Source: Gemmatimonadales bacterium (GTDB lineage: Bacteria > Gemmatimonadota > Gemmatimonadetes > Gemmatimonadales > GWC2-71-9). Taken from it: a DNA stretch of 37,908 nt. Made by a program: the position numbers and the translations under genes. The stretch is taken from contig DATHRW010000270.1 of assembly GCA_035464955.1 (NCBI GenBank), positions 1-37,908 of the forward strand. Reading direction: 5' to 3'. Within the stretch, counting starts at the first letter, position 1. The number at the start of each line of letters is the position of its first letter. The notes under the pieces are model-generated. The model saw nothing but the letters and a program-made list of their open reading frames with translations. It was not told where the DNA came from and ran no database searches. Shown here one piece after another: positions 9,350-19,109 of the stretch.

Positions 9350-9628
9350 GTGACCTTCCTTTCATCCAGCGTCTCACTGTGACGCTCCGGAACACAAGCG
9401 CCGTCGATTCGGAATATGCCGATCTCTTCGCACCGGCGCCAGCACAGGCACGCTACGCACGATCGGCCACCGCCTACTCCCGTCATTCCGCTGGCGGAAG
9501 GCAGCCGGTGACCCTAGCTTTTCGCCGGGCGACGATGGCCGGCCGCCGCCGGCCGTTCGACCAGCAGGATTGGTACTCGATACCCCTGGGAATCTTCATG
9601 CGTCATAACGCTGCACCCTCCGGCCGGA

Positions 9629-11554
9629 GTGGTGCGTCCGCCGATGGATGAGCTGAGGACCGTCCGCTCGCTCGCCCGCGCCATGGGAGTTCATGTGCGC
9701 TACACGGACGGGCTGGGCAGGCGCGTCGTCGTGGCGCCGGAAACACTGCTCCGCGTCTGCGCCGCGCTTGGCGCCCCGGTCGAGCGACCCAGTGATGCAA
9801 CGGACGCGCTCCGCGCCCATCGCGCGGCTACCAAGGCCGCGAAACTCCCGCCGGTCCTGGTCGCATGGGATGGAAGGCTCCCCTCGCTCGCGGTGCCGGA
9901 CGTCGGCCGGGTCCGAGCTGAGATACACTTCGCGAACGGCGAGATCCTCCCGTTGGAGACCGACGGCGCCGCCCTCCGTGCGTCTCGCCCGTTTCCGCTG
10001 GGCTACCACCGGCTCACGGTCGATGCTTCAAGCACGCTCCAGACCGCGACCGTGATCGCGGCGCCTGTCATGGCTTGGCGCCGGCCGGGCGATCATCGGA
10101 GCTGGGGAGTCGGCACCGAACTCGCCGCGCTTCGCTCCGCGCGGAGCCGCTCCCTGGGCGACCTCTGTGACCTCCGGGCCGTGTGCCACTGGATCAGCGA
10201 GCGGGGCGGGGACCTGGTCATGGTGCTCCCCTTGCTCCCGACCTTCAACACCAATCATCCCGAGCCAAGTCCCTATTCCCCAGTGAGCCGTCTCTTTTGG
10301 TCCGAGCTGATTCTGGATCTGGGGGAGGGCCACCGGCCGTCACCAGCCGGCGAGATTCTCGACGTGACCCGCGCCAACGCCGAGGTCCGACGCGCCCTGG
10401 CGGGGCACCCGATGCCGAGTTCTTCCGAGCTCGACGACGAGCTGACTCGCTACGCCCGTTTCCGAGGGGCGCAGGCCCGGCTCGGCAGAAACTGGCGCGA
10501 TTGGCCGGCACCTGCCCGGGCCGGCACCTTGGAGCCCGAGCATGTGGATCCTGAGGAGGAACGCTTCCATCTCGTGGCCCAGTCGCTGGTGCGCCGGCAG
10601 CTCGACGAGCTGCGCCATGGCCTGGAAGCGGGTGGGATGCGGGTCGGTCTCGACCTGGCGGTTGGCGTCCACCCGGACGGGTACGATCCGTGGTCCCGGC
10701 AGGCGCTGTTCGGTCAAGGAATGTCCGTTGGCGCCCCTCCGGACCAGGGCTTTCCGAGCGGACAGGACTGGGGCTTCCCACCGGTGTTGCCCCAGGCGTC
10801 GCGCTTGGAGGGTCACCGCTACGTGGCGGCGTCCATCGCCCACCAGGCGTGGCTCGCGGGGGTGCTCCGGATCGACCACATCATGGCCTGGACCAGGCTC
10901 TACTGGATTCCTCACGGGTTCGGGTTGCATCAGGGGACCTACGTCTCGTATCCCGCGGAGGAGCTGTTCGCCATCCTGACGCTGGAGTCACATCTCAACC
11001 AGTGCGAGGTGGTGGGAGAGAACCTGGGCACCGTTCCCCCGGAAATCGACGAGGCACTGCCGCGCCACCGGATCTGGGGAACCTACTTGGCGCAGTTCCA
11101 GGCATCGAAAGACCCGGAAGTGGCACCTCCGGCCGGCACCGACATGGCGCAGATAGGCACGCACGACACGCCGACCTTCGCGGGCTGGCTCAGTGGTGCA
11201 GACATCGACGAGCGGGTGCGCTACCGTCTCCTGGCGGAGGGGAGCGTCGCAAGGGCGCGGGAGGAACGGTCGCGCGCTGCCACGCGGCTTGCAACGCGAT
11301 TGGATTGCGAGGTGGACACGCCCCATGAGTTCCTTGCCAGACTCTTGGAGTGGCTCGGCCAGTCAGAGAGCCCGCTCGTCGTTCCCTGGCTCGAGGACCT
11401 ATGGCTCGAGGAGCGGGGGGTCAACCTGCCCGGCACGCGCTCGTCGGAACGCGCGAACTGGCAGCGACCCATGCAGAAGCTGCTCGACGAAATATTCAGC
11501 GACCCAGAGATCGACGCGCTGGTTCATCGACTCCGCCGCGCCCGGAACCCGTAA
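9629..11554 (+). CDS. malQ: 4-alpha-glucanotransferase (amylomaltase, GH77) with ~140-aa N-terminal extension
   Basis: GH77 motifs are present: WGVGTELAALRS, PYSPVSRLFWSELIL, RIDHIMAW, VVGENLGTVP, GTHDTPT. The start could instead be the ATG at 9644. Confidence 0.9.
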   Translation: MVRPPMDELRTVRSLARAMGVHVRYTDGLGRRVVVAPETLLRVCAALGAPVERPSDATDALRAHRAATKAAKLPPVLVAWDGRLPSLAVPDVGRVRAEIHFANGEILPLETDGAALRASRPFPLGYHRLTVDASSTLQTATVIAAPVMAWRRPGDHRSWGVGTELAALRSARSRSLGDLCDLRAVCHWISERGGDLVMVLPLLPTFNTNHPEPSPYSPVSRLFWSELILDLGEGHRPSPAGEILDVTRANAEVRRALAGHPMPSSSELDDELTRYARFRGAQARLGRNWRDWPAPARAGTLEPEHVDPEEERFHLVAQSLVRRQLDELRHGLEAGGMRVGLDLAVGVHPDGYDPWSRQALFGQGMSVGAPPDQGFPSGQDWGFPPVLPQASRLEGHRYVAASIAHQAWLAGVLRIDHIMAWTRLYWIPHGFGLHQGTYVSYPAEELFAILTLESHLNQCEVVGENLGTVPPEIDEALPRHRIWGTYLAQFQASKDPEVAPPAGTDMAQIGTHDTPTFAGWLSGADIDERVRYRLLAEGSVARAREERSRAATRLATRLDCEVDTPHEFLARLLEWLGQSESPLVVPWLEDLWLEERGVNLPGTRSSERANWQRPMQKLLDEIFSDPEIDALVHRLRRARNP

Positions 11555-11581
11555 ACTCCAACCCTGAGGCCCAGGTCTATC

Positions 11582-13138
11582 ATGGGATCACCAGCCACCG
11601 CGCCCGCCATGCGGCCCAAGCCGCGCCTGACGTTCTGGCAGATCTGGAACATGAGTTTCGGATTTCTGGGCATCCAATTTGGCTTCGCACTGCAGAACGC
11701 GAACGTGAGCCGGATTTTCGAGACGCTGGGTGCCAGTGTCGAGAGCATTCCGCTCTTATGGATTGCCGCTCCGGTGACCGGGCTCGTGGTTCAGCCCATT
11801 GTGGGCTACTTCAGCGACCGCACCTGGAACCGCCTGGGCCGCCGCCGGCCCTATTTCCTTGGCGGTGCCATCCTCGCCTCGCTGGCCCTCGTCGCCATGC
11901 CGAATTCTCCGGTACTCTGGGTGGCTGCCGGCATGCTCTGGATTATGGACGCCTCCATCAACATCTCCATGGAGCCGTTCCGCGCCTTCGTGGGAGACAA
12001 CCTGCCGTCGGAGCAGCGCACCACCGGGTTCGCGATGCAGAGCTTCTTCATCGGCACCGGTGCCGTGGTAGCGTCCGCGCTGCCCTGGCTGCTCACGACC
12101 CAATTCGGCGTGGCCAACGAGGCGCCCCCGCACATGATTCCCGACTCGGTGCGCCTCTCCTTCTATCTCGGCGCTGCCGTGTTCTTCATTGCGGTGCTGT
12201 GGACGGTCATCAAGTCGAGGGAGTACTCGCCGGAGGAAATGGCCGCTTTCGAGGACAACCAGGAGCGCGAAGGTCAGACCAGAGAAGTACGGACGGCAGA
12301 GGAGTTTGCGCTAAACGGGTCGCGACAGTTGCGCCTGGGGTGGATCCTGCTCATCGTGGGCGCGGCCGTCAGTTTCTGGCTCGCCAGCGCCGCGATCTAT
12401 CAGGTCATGATCCTGTCGGCCGGGATCGGCGTCGCCGGCCTCTTACTCATCATCAGCGGGCTCATGCAGCGCGGTGGCAAGTACGATAGCGGCTTCATCA
12501 CTATCCTGAACGATTTCCAGGACATGCCCCATACCATGAAACAGCTGGCATGGGTGCAGTTCTTCTCGTGGTTCGCCCTCTTCGCCATGTGGATCTACAC
12601 CACCGCGGCGGTTACCAGTCACATCTACGGCACTACCGACACCACCTCGGCACTGTACAATGAAGGAGCCAACTGGGTGGGTGTTGCGTTCGGCGCCTAC
12701 AACGGTGTCGCCGCGGTAGTGGCGTTCGGCATTCCGGTGCTCGCGAAGCACACCAGCCGGAAAATGACCCACGCCATCTGCCTCGTGTGCGGCGCCGTGG
12801 GGCTCGGCTCCATTTTTGTCATCTCAGACCCCCGGTTCCTGCTGGGCTCCATGGTGGGTGTGGGGATTGCCTGGGCGAGCATCCTCTCGATGCCGTACGC
12901 GATCCTGACCGGGTCTCTGCCGCCCTCGAAGATGGGATACTACATGGGCGTCTTCAACTTCTTCATCGTCATTCCCCAGATCGTTGCGGCCGCGATCCTC
13001 GGTTTCGTCGTCGGACGCTTCTTCGGCGGGCACGCTATCTACGCCCTCCTCGTCGGGGGGGTGTCGCTCGTGCTGGCCGCGGCGCTGACGCTCCGCGTTG
13101 AGGATCGCGACGATGTGGCGGCGAAGGTTACGTCATGA
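11582..13138 (+). CDS. MFS/GPH-type sugar transporter (SLC45-like, probable maltose/maltodextrin importer)
   Basis: About 12 predicted TM segments. DRTWNRLGRRRPYFLGG motif typical of the GPH/SLC45 family. Located between malQ and an amylase. Alternative start at 11609. Confidence 0.8.
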   Translation: MGSPATAPAMRPKPRLTFWQIWNMSFGFLGIQFGFALQNANVSRIFETLGASVESIPLLWIAAPVTGLVVQPIVGYFSDRTWNRLGRRRPYFLGGAILASLALVAMPNSPVLWVAAGMLWIMDASINISMEPFRAFVGDNLPSEQRTTGFAMQSFFIGTGAVVASALPWLLTTQFGVANEAPPHMIPDSVRLSFYLGAAVFFIAVLWTVIKSREYSPEEMAAFEDNQEREGQTREVRTAEEFALNGSRQLRLGWILLIVGAAVSFWLASAAIYQVMILSAGIGVAGLLLIISGLMQRGGKYDSGFITILNDFQDMPHTMKQLAWVQFFSWFALFAMWIYTTAAVTSHIYGTTDTTSALYNEGANWVGVAFGAYNGVAAVVAFGIPVLAKHTSRKMTHAICLVCGAVGLGSIFVISDPRFLLGSMVGVGIAWASILSMPYAILTGSLPPSKMGYYMGVFNFFIVIPQIVAAAILGFVVGRFFGGHAIYALLVGGVSLVLAAALTLRVEDRDDVAAKVTS

Positions 13139-13163
13139 GATTACCATGGACGGTGGTCGGGAT

Positions 13164-14861
13164 ATGAAGAGTCTGCTCCGTGCCATAGTCCTGCTGAGCC
13201 TCGGCGCGTGTGCGGCGACGGCGCGCCATGCCGGTTCTCCCGGCGCTGGCCGTGGAGCAGGAGAGCATCGATCGGCCCTGGCCTCAGACCCGGCCGCGTT
13301 CTGGAACAGCGCCACGATCTACTTCTTGCTGACCGACCGCTTCGAGAACGGCGATCCCACCAACGACCTCGCCCTCGGCCGTGCACAGGATGGCGCAGTG
13401 CTCCGGAGCTTCCAGGGCGGAGACCTCGCCGGAGTGCTCCGGAAGATCAACCAGGGCTACTTCGATAGCCTCGGCGTTGACGCCATCTGGCTGACTCCTT
13501 TCGTGGAGCAGATTCATGGGAGCGTCGACGAGGGAACCGAGACAACCTACGGCTACCACGGCTACTGGACCCGCGACTGGACCGCGGTGGATCCGGCGCT
13601 GGGCACCGACGACGATGTGCGCCGGGTGGTGGATGCGGCGCACCGGCGCGGCATCCGTGTTCTAATGGATGCGGTCATCAACCACACGGGGCCCGTCACG
13701 CCCTTGGACCCCCAGTGGCCCGAGGATTGGGTCCGCACCAGCCCCAGATGTACCTACCAGAGCTACGCGACGACGGTCGAGTGCACTCTGGTGGCCAATC
13801 TCCCGGACGTGCTGACCGAGCGCGACGATCCAGTCGAGCTTCCCCAGGCGCTGGTCGAAAAGTGGAGGCAGGAGGGCAGGGCCGATCAGGAGTTGAGCGA
13901 ACTCGGCGCGTTCTTCCGGCGTACCGGGTATCCCCGCGCCCCTCGCTTCTACATCATGAAGTGGCTCACGGACTGGGTACGCGAGGTTGGCTTCGACGGG
14001 TACCGGGTCGATACCTCCAAGCACTTCGGCGAGTCGGTCAGCGCGGAGTTGAAGCGCGAGGCCGAGCGGGCATTCGCGGACTGGAAGCGAGCCCACCCGG
14101 GCCAGGTCCTAGACGACCTCCCGTTCTACATGGTGGGGGAGGTCTACAACTACGAGGTGCGCCACGGACGGGACTTCGATTTCGGAGACCGGACCGTGGC
14201 CTTCTTCGACTACGGTTACGACGGTCTCATCAATTTCGGCTTCAAGCGTGACGCGGCGGCGTCGCTGGACAGCCTGTTCTCGCTGTACTCCGCCATTCTG
14301 CATGAGGGAGCGCTTCGGGGCGTCGCGGTTCTCAACTACCTGAGCTCGCACGACGACGGGGGTCCATACGACCGGGACCGGCAGGATCCCTACGGTGCCG
14401 GCACTCGCCTGCTGCTCGCGCCGGGTGGCGCCCAGATCTACTATGGCGATGAGCTGGCGCGGCCGCTCAGGGTCGCGGGCGCCGAGGGCGATGCCAATCT
14501 CCGTTCGTTCATGAACTGGACGGACCTCGAGCGCGGAGGCACGACGGCGGAGCTGCTGGAGCATTGGCGGAAGCTGGGCACGTTCCGCCGAGCCCACCCG
14601 GCTGTCGGGGCGGGCGAGCATCGCCGGCTTCAGGCGGCGCCGCACATCTTTAGCCGCACGCTCGAAACAGCGGGGCTTTCCGATCGCGTGCTTGTGGCGA
14701 TGGACCAGGGCAAGGGCCGGAAGACCATCCCGGTTTTCGGCGTGTTTCCCGACGGGACCGAGCTGATGGATGCCTACTCCGGGATGGCAGGCACAGTGAC
14801 CAACGGTGCGATCGCGCTCACGACGGGATATGATCTGGTGCTCTTGAGCGAACGGCGGTAG
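13164..14861 (+). CDS. GH13 alpha-amylase, lipoprotein
   Basis: The internal ATG at 13164 gives the lipoprotein signal MKSLLRAIVLLSLGAC and avoids overlap with the MFS gene. GH13 regions are present: DAVINHTG, GYRVDTSKH, MVGEVY, YLSSHDD. Confidence 0.85.
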   Translation: MKSLLRAIVLLSLGACAATARHAGSPGAGRGAGEHRSALASDPAAFWNSATIYFLLTDRFENGDPTNDLALGRAQDGAVLRSFQGGDLAGVLRKINQGYFDSLGVDAIWLTPFVEQIHGSVDEGTETTYGYHGYWTRDWTAVDPALGTDDDVRRVVDAAHRRGIRVLMDAVINHTGPVTPLDPQWPEDWVRTSPRCTYQSYATTVECTLVANLPDVLTERDDPVELPQALVEKWRQEGRADQELSELGAFFRRTGYPRAPRFYIMKWLTDWVREVGFDGYRVDTSKHFGESVSAELKREAERAFADWKRAHPGQVLDDLPFYMVGEVYNYEVRHGRDFDFGDRTVAFFDYGYDGLINFGFKRDAAASLDSLFSLYSAILHEGALRGVAVLNYLSSHDDGGPYDRDRQDPYGAGTRLLLAPGGAQIYYGDELARPLRVAGAEGDANLRSFMNWTDLERGGTTAELLEHWRKLGTFRRAHPAVGAGEHRRLQAAPHIFSRTLETAGLSDRVLVAMDQGKGRKTIPVFGVFPDGTELMDAYSGMAGTVTNGAIALTTGYDLVLLSERR

Positions 14862-14913
14862 GCTTGCGGTCGGGTGCGTCCAGGCAACGGCCGGCGCCCA
14901 CACTGGAGGATGG

Positions 14914-16962
14914 ATGAAATTGGTATGGAGGCTTGCTCGCCGGGGGTTCATCCTCGCGACACTGGCGCTGTCAACATCTGCGGCCGGCGCGTCGGCACAG
15001 GAGCCGGTGCGGGTTGCCTCGCCCGACGGCCGGAACATCGTGACGGTCGAGACTCGAGCGGGCGCGTTGCTCTACAGCCTGGACCGTGGGGGCCGGAAGG
15101 TCGTGCTCCCTTCCCGACTGGGCTTCGCGTTCACGGACGCTCCGCCCCTCCGCGACAGCCTGAGGATTACCGGCACCGAACGGAACATGGTCGACGAGAC
15201 GTGGGAGCAGCCGTGGGGCCAGGTGGCCCGGGTACGCGACCACCACAATGAGTTGCGCGTGTCGGTCGCCGAGATGTCGCAGCCCAACCGCCGCTTCACC
15301 GTTGTCTTTCGAGCCTTCGACGACGGTGTAGGGTTTCGCTACGAGTTTCCCGAGCAGCCCGCGCTCCAATCGTTCGTGATCACGGACGAGCTCACCGAGT
15401 TCTACCTGGCCACCGATGCACGAGCGTGGTGGATTCCAGCCAACGACCCGACCCACCGGTACGAGCTCATGTACGGGTCGTCGCCGATGACCACCCTGCC
15501 CGAGGTGCACACGCCGCTCACGATGGAGACCTACGACGGGCTCTACCTGGTGATTCACGAGGCGAACCTGGTCGACTATGCGGGGATGAACCTGACCAGT
15601 TCGCGCGACCGCAGGTTGCGGGTGACGCTGACGGCATGGGCGGACGGGGCCAAGGTGTATGGCCGGGCGCCGTTTGTGACGCCGTGGCGGACCATCCAGC
15701 TGGCCGATCGTGCCACTGACCTGGCGCCCTCGGTCATCGGCCTGAACCTGAACCCGCCCAACGTGCTCGGCGACGTGAGCTGGATCGAGCCGATGAAATA
15801 CGTCGGCATCTGGTGGGGGATGCACATCAACAAGGTGACCTGGAGCTCGGGTCCCCGGCATGGCGCCACGACCGCCAACGCCCGGCGGTTTATCGACTTC
15901 GCCGCCGACAACGGCTTCGGTGGGGTGTTGGTCGAGGGGTGGAATGTCGGGTGGGACGGCGACTGGATAGCCAACGCCGACTCGTTCTCGTTTACCAAGC
16001 CCTACCCGGACTACGACTTGGAAGGCCTGGCCAAGTACGCCCGCCAGAAAGGCGTGACCCTCGTCGGTCACAACGAGACGTCTATGGGGGTCGAAAATTA
16101 CGAGCGACAGCTGGAGGACGCCTTCGACCTCTACCAGCGTCTTGGGATCAGGGCGATCAAGACCGGCTATGTGGGTGACAAGACGGCTCAGGGCCACGCA
16201 CACCACGGCCAGTACATGGTACGGCACTGGCGGAAGGTGATCCAGGAAGCGGCGCGGCGCGGGATCATGCTCGACGTGCACGAGCCGATCAAGGACACCG
16301 GGGAGCGCCGGACCTATCCCAACATGATGACCCGGGAGGGCTCCAGGGGCCAGGAATACAACGCCTGGGCCGGAGACGGCGGTAACCCGCCCGAGCACGA
16401 GACGATCCTTTTCTTTACCCGGATGCTCTCAGGACCGATGGACTTCACCCCCGGGGTGTTCGACATCCTGATTGCGTCGACCGACGGAACGCCGCGCCCG
16501 CCCGAAGCGGCGCGGGTTCGCACCACCCTGGCCAAGCAGCTCGCGCTCTATGTGGTGCTCTATTCGCCGATGCAGATGGCGGCGGACCTGCCCGAGAACT
16601 ACCAGGGCCAGCCTGCGTTCCAGTTCATCAAGGACGTCGCGGTGGATTGGGAAGAAACCCGGGTGCTCGAAGGCCGGATCGGCGACTACGTGGTCGTGGC
16701 GCGGCAGGAGCGAGGAGGCCCGGACTGGTTCATCGGTGCCATCACGGACGAAGAGGCCCGCACGTTTGAGGTTCCGCTCGCGTTCCTGCCCGCTGGACAG
16801 CACTTCGTTGCGGAGATCTATGCCGACGGCGAGGGGGCCCACTGGCTGCACGACCCGTTTCCCATGTCGATCTCGAGCCGTCCCGTCGACGCGGGGTCCA
16901 CGCTCCGCATGCAGCTTGCACCGGGCGGCGGCCAGGCCGTTCGGATCCGCCCAGCAGAATGA
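14914..16962 (+). CDS. susB: GH97 alpha-glucosidase (SusB-like)
   Basis: Sec signal, then VASPDGRNIVTVETRAGALLYSLDRGGRKVVLPSRLGF, typical of the GH97 N-terminus. Also GVLVEGWN and VGHNETS. GGAGG Shine-Dalgarno 4-5 nt upstream. Confidence 0.85.
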   Translation: MKLVWRLARRGFILATLALSTSAAGASAQEPVRVASPDGRNIVTVETRAGALLYSLDRGGRKVVLPSRLGFAFTDAPPLRDSLRITGTERNMVDETWEQPWGQVARVRDHHNELRVSVAEMSQPNRRFTVVFRAFDDGVGFRYEFPEQPALQSFVITDELTEFYLATDARAWWIPANDPTHRYELMYGSSPMTTLPEVHTPLTMETYDGLYLVIHEANLVDYAGMNLTSSRDRRLRVTLTAWADGAKVYGRAPFVTPWRTIQLADRATDLAPSVIGLNLNPPNVLGDVSWIEPMKYVGIWWGMHINKVTWSSGPRHGATTANARRFIDFAADNGFGGVLVEGWNVGWDGDWIANADSFSFTKPYPDYDLEGLAKYARQKGVTLVGHNETSMGVENYERQLEDAFDLYQRLGIRAIKTGYVGDKTAQGHAHHGQYMVRHWRKVIQEAARRGIMLDVHEPIKDTGERRTYPNMMTREGSRGQEYNAWAGDGGNPPEHETILFFTRMLSGPMDFTPGVFDILIASTDGTPRPPEAARVRTTLAKQLALYVVLYSPMQMAADLPENYQGQPAFQFIKDVAVDWEETRVLEGRIGDYVVVARQERGGPDWFIGAITDEEARTFEVPLAFLPAGQHFVAEIYADGEGAHWLHDPFPMSISSRPVDAGSTLRMQLAPGGGQAVRIRPAE

Positions 16963-17009
16963 ACGCTCACTAGAGAGCGGTCTACTCCTTCCCGAACTCC
17001 GGACCCACC

Positions 17010-19055
17010 ATGAGCCCTGAGAGCTTTCAGATTTCGGTTTGGGACATCTTGATCTTTGTGGCCTTCGTGGTGGCCGTCGTGAGCATCGGCCTGATCAAGA
17101 GCAAGAGCGAGAAGGGCAGTGAAGACTACTTCCTCGCCGGCCGTGGTTTGAGTTGGTGGCTGATCGGGTTTTCGTTGATCGCCTCCAACATCTCGACCGA
17201 ACAATTCGTGGGCATGAGCGGGAACGCCGCGAGCCATGTGGGCCTCGCCATCGCCAGTTACGAGTGGATGGCGGCCATCACACTGGTCGTGGTGGCGTTC
17301 GGATTTCTGCCGTATTTCTTGCGCGCCGGCATTTACACCATGCCGGAATTCCTCGAATACCGCTACACCGGCGGGGCGCGCACCATCATGGCCGTCGCCA
17401 CCATCCTGATCTACTTGCTGCTGCTTGGGTCGGTGACGTACTCCGGTGCCCTGACCATCAGCACGCTCGCCGGGAAGGCGGGGTATTCCTTGAGTCTGGC
17501 TACGGGCTCCTTGGTCATCGGCGTCATCGCCATGGCCTACGTGACCGCCGGTGGCCTCAAGGCCTGTGCCTGGGCCGACCTTCTCCAGGGCAGTGCGTTG
17601 ATCGTGGGTGGGGCGGTGATCCTCTGGTTCGCCTTTCAGAAACTGGGCATGGCGACCGAGGGGGCCGCCGTGCTCAGCGCCCAAACCGGGGCCGTGAGCA
17701 TCCTGCCGCTGGACCCCAACGCGGGGTCGCTGGAACGGTTCTGGACGCTCAACCAAACCAGGATGAACATGTTCCTGCCGTCCTCGGACATCATCCTGCC
17801 GTGGACCGCACTCCTGCTCGGACTGTGGATTCCGAATTTCTACTACTGGGGCCTCAACCAATACATCACGCAACGCACCCTCGGCTCGGCGTCGCTGGCC
17901 CAGGGGCAGCGGGGCATCGTCTTCGCGGCCTTCATGAAGTTGTTCATCCCGTTCGTGATCGTCGTGCCCGGCATCATCGCGTTCAATCTCTACTCGGGGC
18001 AAATGCGGCTCGAAGCCAGCGGGGACACCGCCAACAGCCTGGCGCGCTATCTGGCTGCCAATCCCCGAACCCAGTTCGTCGAAACCGCCGTGGCACCGCC
18101 GGACGATCAGGTGGCGGCGTGGCAGACCGACCGATACCTATTGGCGATCTACCCGGACCAAGGGGCCATCCAGGCTCTTACCACCCGAAACCCGAATGTC
18201 CTGCCCATCACGCAGGACGCGTTCGGCAAGATCACGGTGGGCGAGTTCACGGTCTTCATTTCAGAAGATCAGTCGTGGGCGGCGGTCAACCCGGGCCTCG
18301 CGGCTGAAATCGGAGCCTTCAACCGGCGGGTCACGGAAGCGGCCCGGGCCGCGGGACGTGCCCCCGCCACCGAGAAGCTGATCGCCTATAAGTACGATAC
18401 GGCACTGGCCCAGCTGCTCGGCCATGTGCTGCCGCAGGGCATTGGACTGGTCGGCTTTGTACTGGCTGCGTTGCTCGGCGCGGTGGTCAGCTCGCTCGCG
18501 GCCATGCTGAATGCGACATCCACCATCTTTGCCATGGACGTCTTCAAGAAATTCATCTCCCCGAAGGCCACTCAGACGACGGTGGTGCGGGTGGGTCGCT
18601 TTTCCGTCGTATGCTTTGCAGCCGTGGCGGTGTTGTTGGCGCCTCAGCTGGGCAATCCGGCCATCAGCAACAGCATCTTCACCATCATCCAGGAAGGCCA
18701 AGGCTTCATCTCGCCCGGCATCCTGGCCGTGTTCGCCTTTGGGCTCATCATCAAACGCGCGCCGGCCGTCTGCGGCACCGTGGGTCTCGTCACCAACATT
18801 GTGGCCTACGGCCTGCTCAAGCTCGCCGTGCCCAGCCTGCAGTTCCTGAACCGTATGGCCGTGTGTTTCGCCTTGTGTCTGGCGATCATGGCGGTAATCA
18901 CCCTGATCCGCCCGCTGCCCCAGCCGATGGAGTTCCGCCAGAATACCACCATCGCGCTCGAGTCGTCCCGCACCGCTAAGATCCTCGGTGTGGTCGTGGT
19001 GGCGATCGTGCTCTCGTTCTACCTCCTGTTCAGCCCGCTAGGGGTATCACGATGA
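17010..19055 (+). CDS. Sodium:solute symporter (SSS/SGLT-like sugar transporter) with a large hydrophilic insertion
   Basis: SGLT-type N-terminus GRGLSWWLIGFSLIASNISTEQFVGMSG and multiple TM helices. A roughly 140-aa non-hydrophobic segment lies between TM blocks (about nt 18000-18420). Confidence 0.85.
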   Translation: MSPESFQISVWDILIFVAFVVAVVSIGLIKSKSEKGSEDYFLAGRGLSWWLIGFSLIASNISTEQFVGMSGNAASHVGLAIASYEWMAAITLVVVAFGFLPYFLRAGIYTMPEFLEYRYTGGARTIMAVATILIYLLLLGSVTYSGALTISTLAGKAGYSLSLATGSLVIGVIAMAYVTAGGLKACAWADLLQGSALIVGGAVILWFAFQKLGMATEGAAVLSAQTGAVSILPLDPNAGSLERFWTLNQTRMNMFLPSSDIILPWTALLLGLWIPNFYYWGLNQYITQRTLGSASLAQGQRGIVFAAFMKLFIPFVIVVPGIIAFNLYSGQMRLEASGDTANSLARYLAANPRTQFVETAVAPPDDQVAAWQTDRYLLAIYPDQGAIQALTTRNPNVLPITQDAFGKITVGEFTVFISEDQSWAAVNPGLAAEIGAFNRRVTEAARAAGRAPATEKLIAYKYDTALAQLLGHVLPQGIGLVGFVLAALLGAVVSSLAAMLNATSTIFAMDVFKKFISPKATQTTVVRVGRFSVVCFAAVAVLLAPQLGNPAISNSIFTIIQEGQGFISPGILAVFAFGLIIKRAPAVCGTVGLVTNIVAYGLLKLAVPSLQFLNRMAVCFALCLAIMAVITLIRPLPQPMEFRQNTTIALESSRTAKILGVVVVAIVLSFYLLFSPLGVSR

Positions 19056-19109
19056 TCCGTTGATCGGTTGAAGCCAAGCGGCAGCGGCACCCTCGCGAGT
19101 CCGCCGCAC

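Noticed and set aside
9350-9628. Divergent 279-nt region upstream of malQ, examined for a riboswitch, leader peptide or regulator operator (contains the small hairpin agcgtc-tcactgt-gacgct and a 90-aa ORF at 9379-9651)
   Set aside because: I could not identify a recognisable riboswitch core, a convincing palindromic operator or a coding signature. It is most simply a divergent promoter region.
14971-16398. 475-aa antisense ORF opposite the GH97 gene; comparable long shadow ORFs lie at 2035-3054, 6207-7271, 16818-18002, 17153-18307, 20175-21287, 21452-22426, 23439-24488, 29608-31080 and 33020-33856
   Set aside because: Each overlaps a gene with clear family motifs. Their products are Arg/Gly/Pro/Ala-rich with no recognisable domains. 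This is the expected artefact of high GC3 bias.
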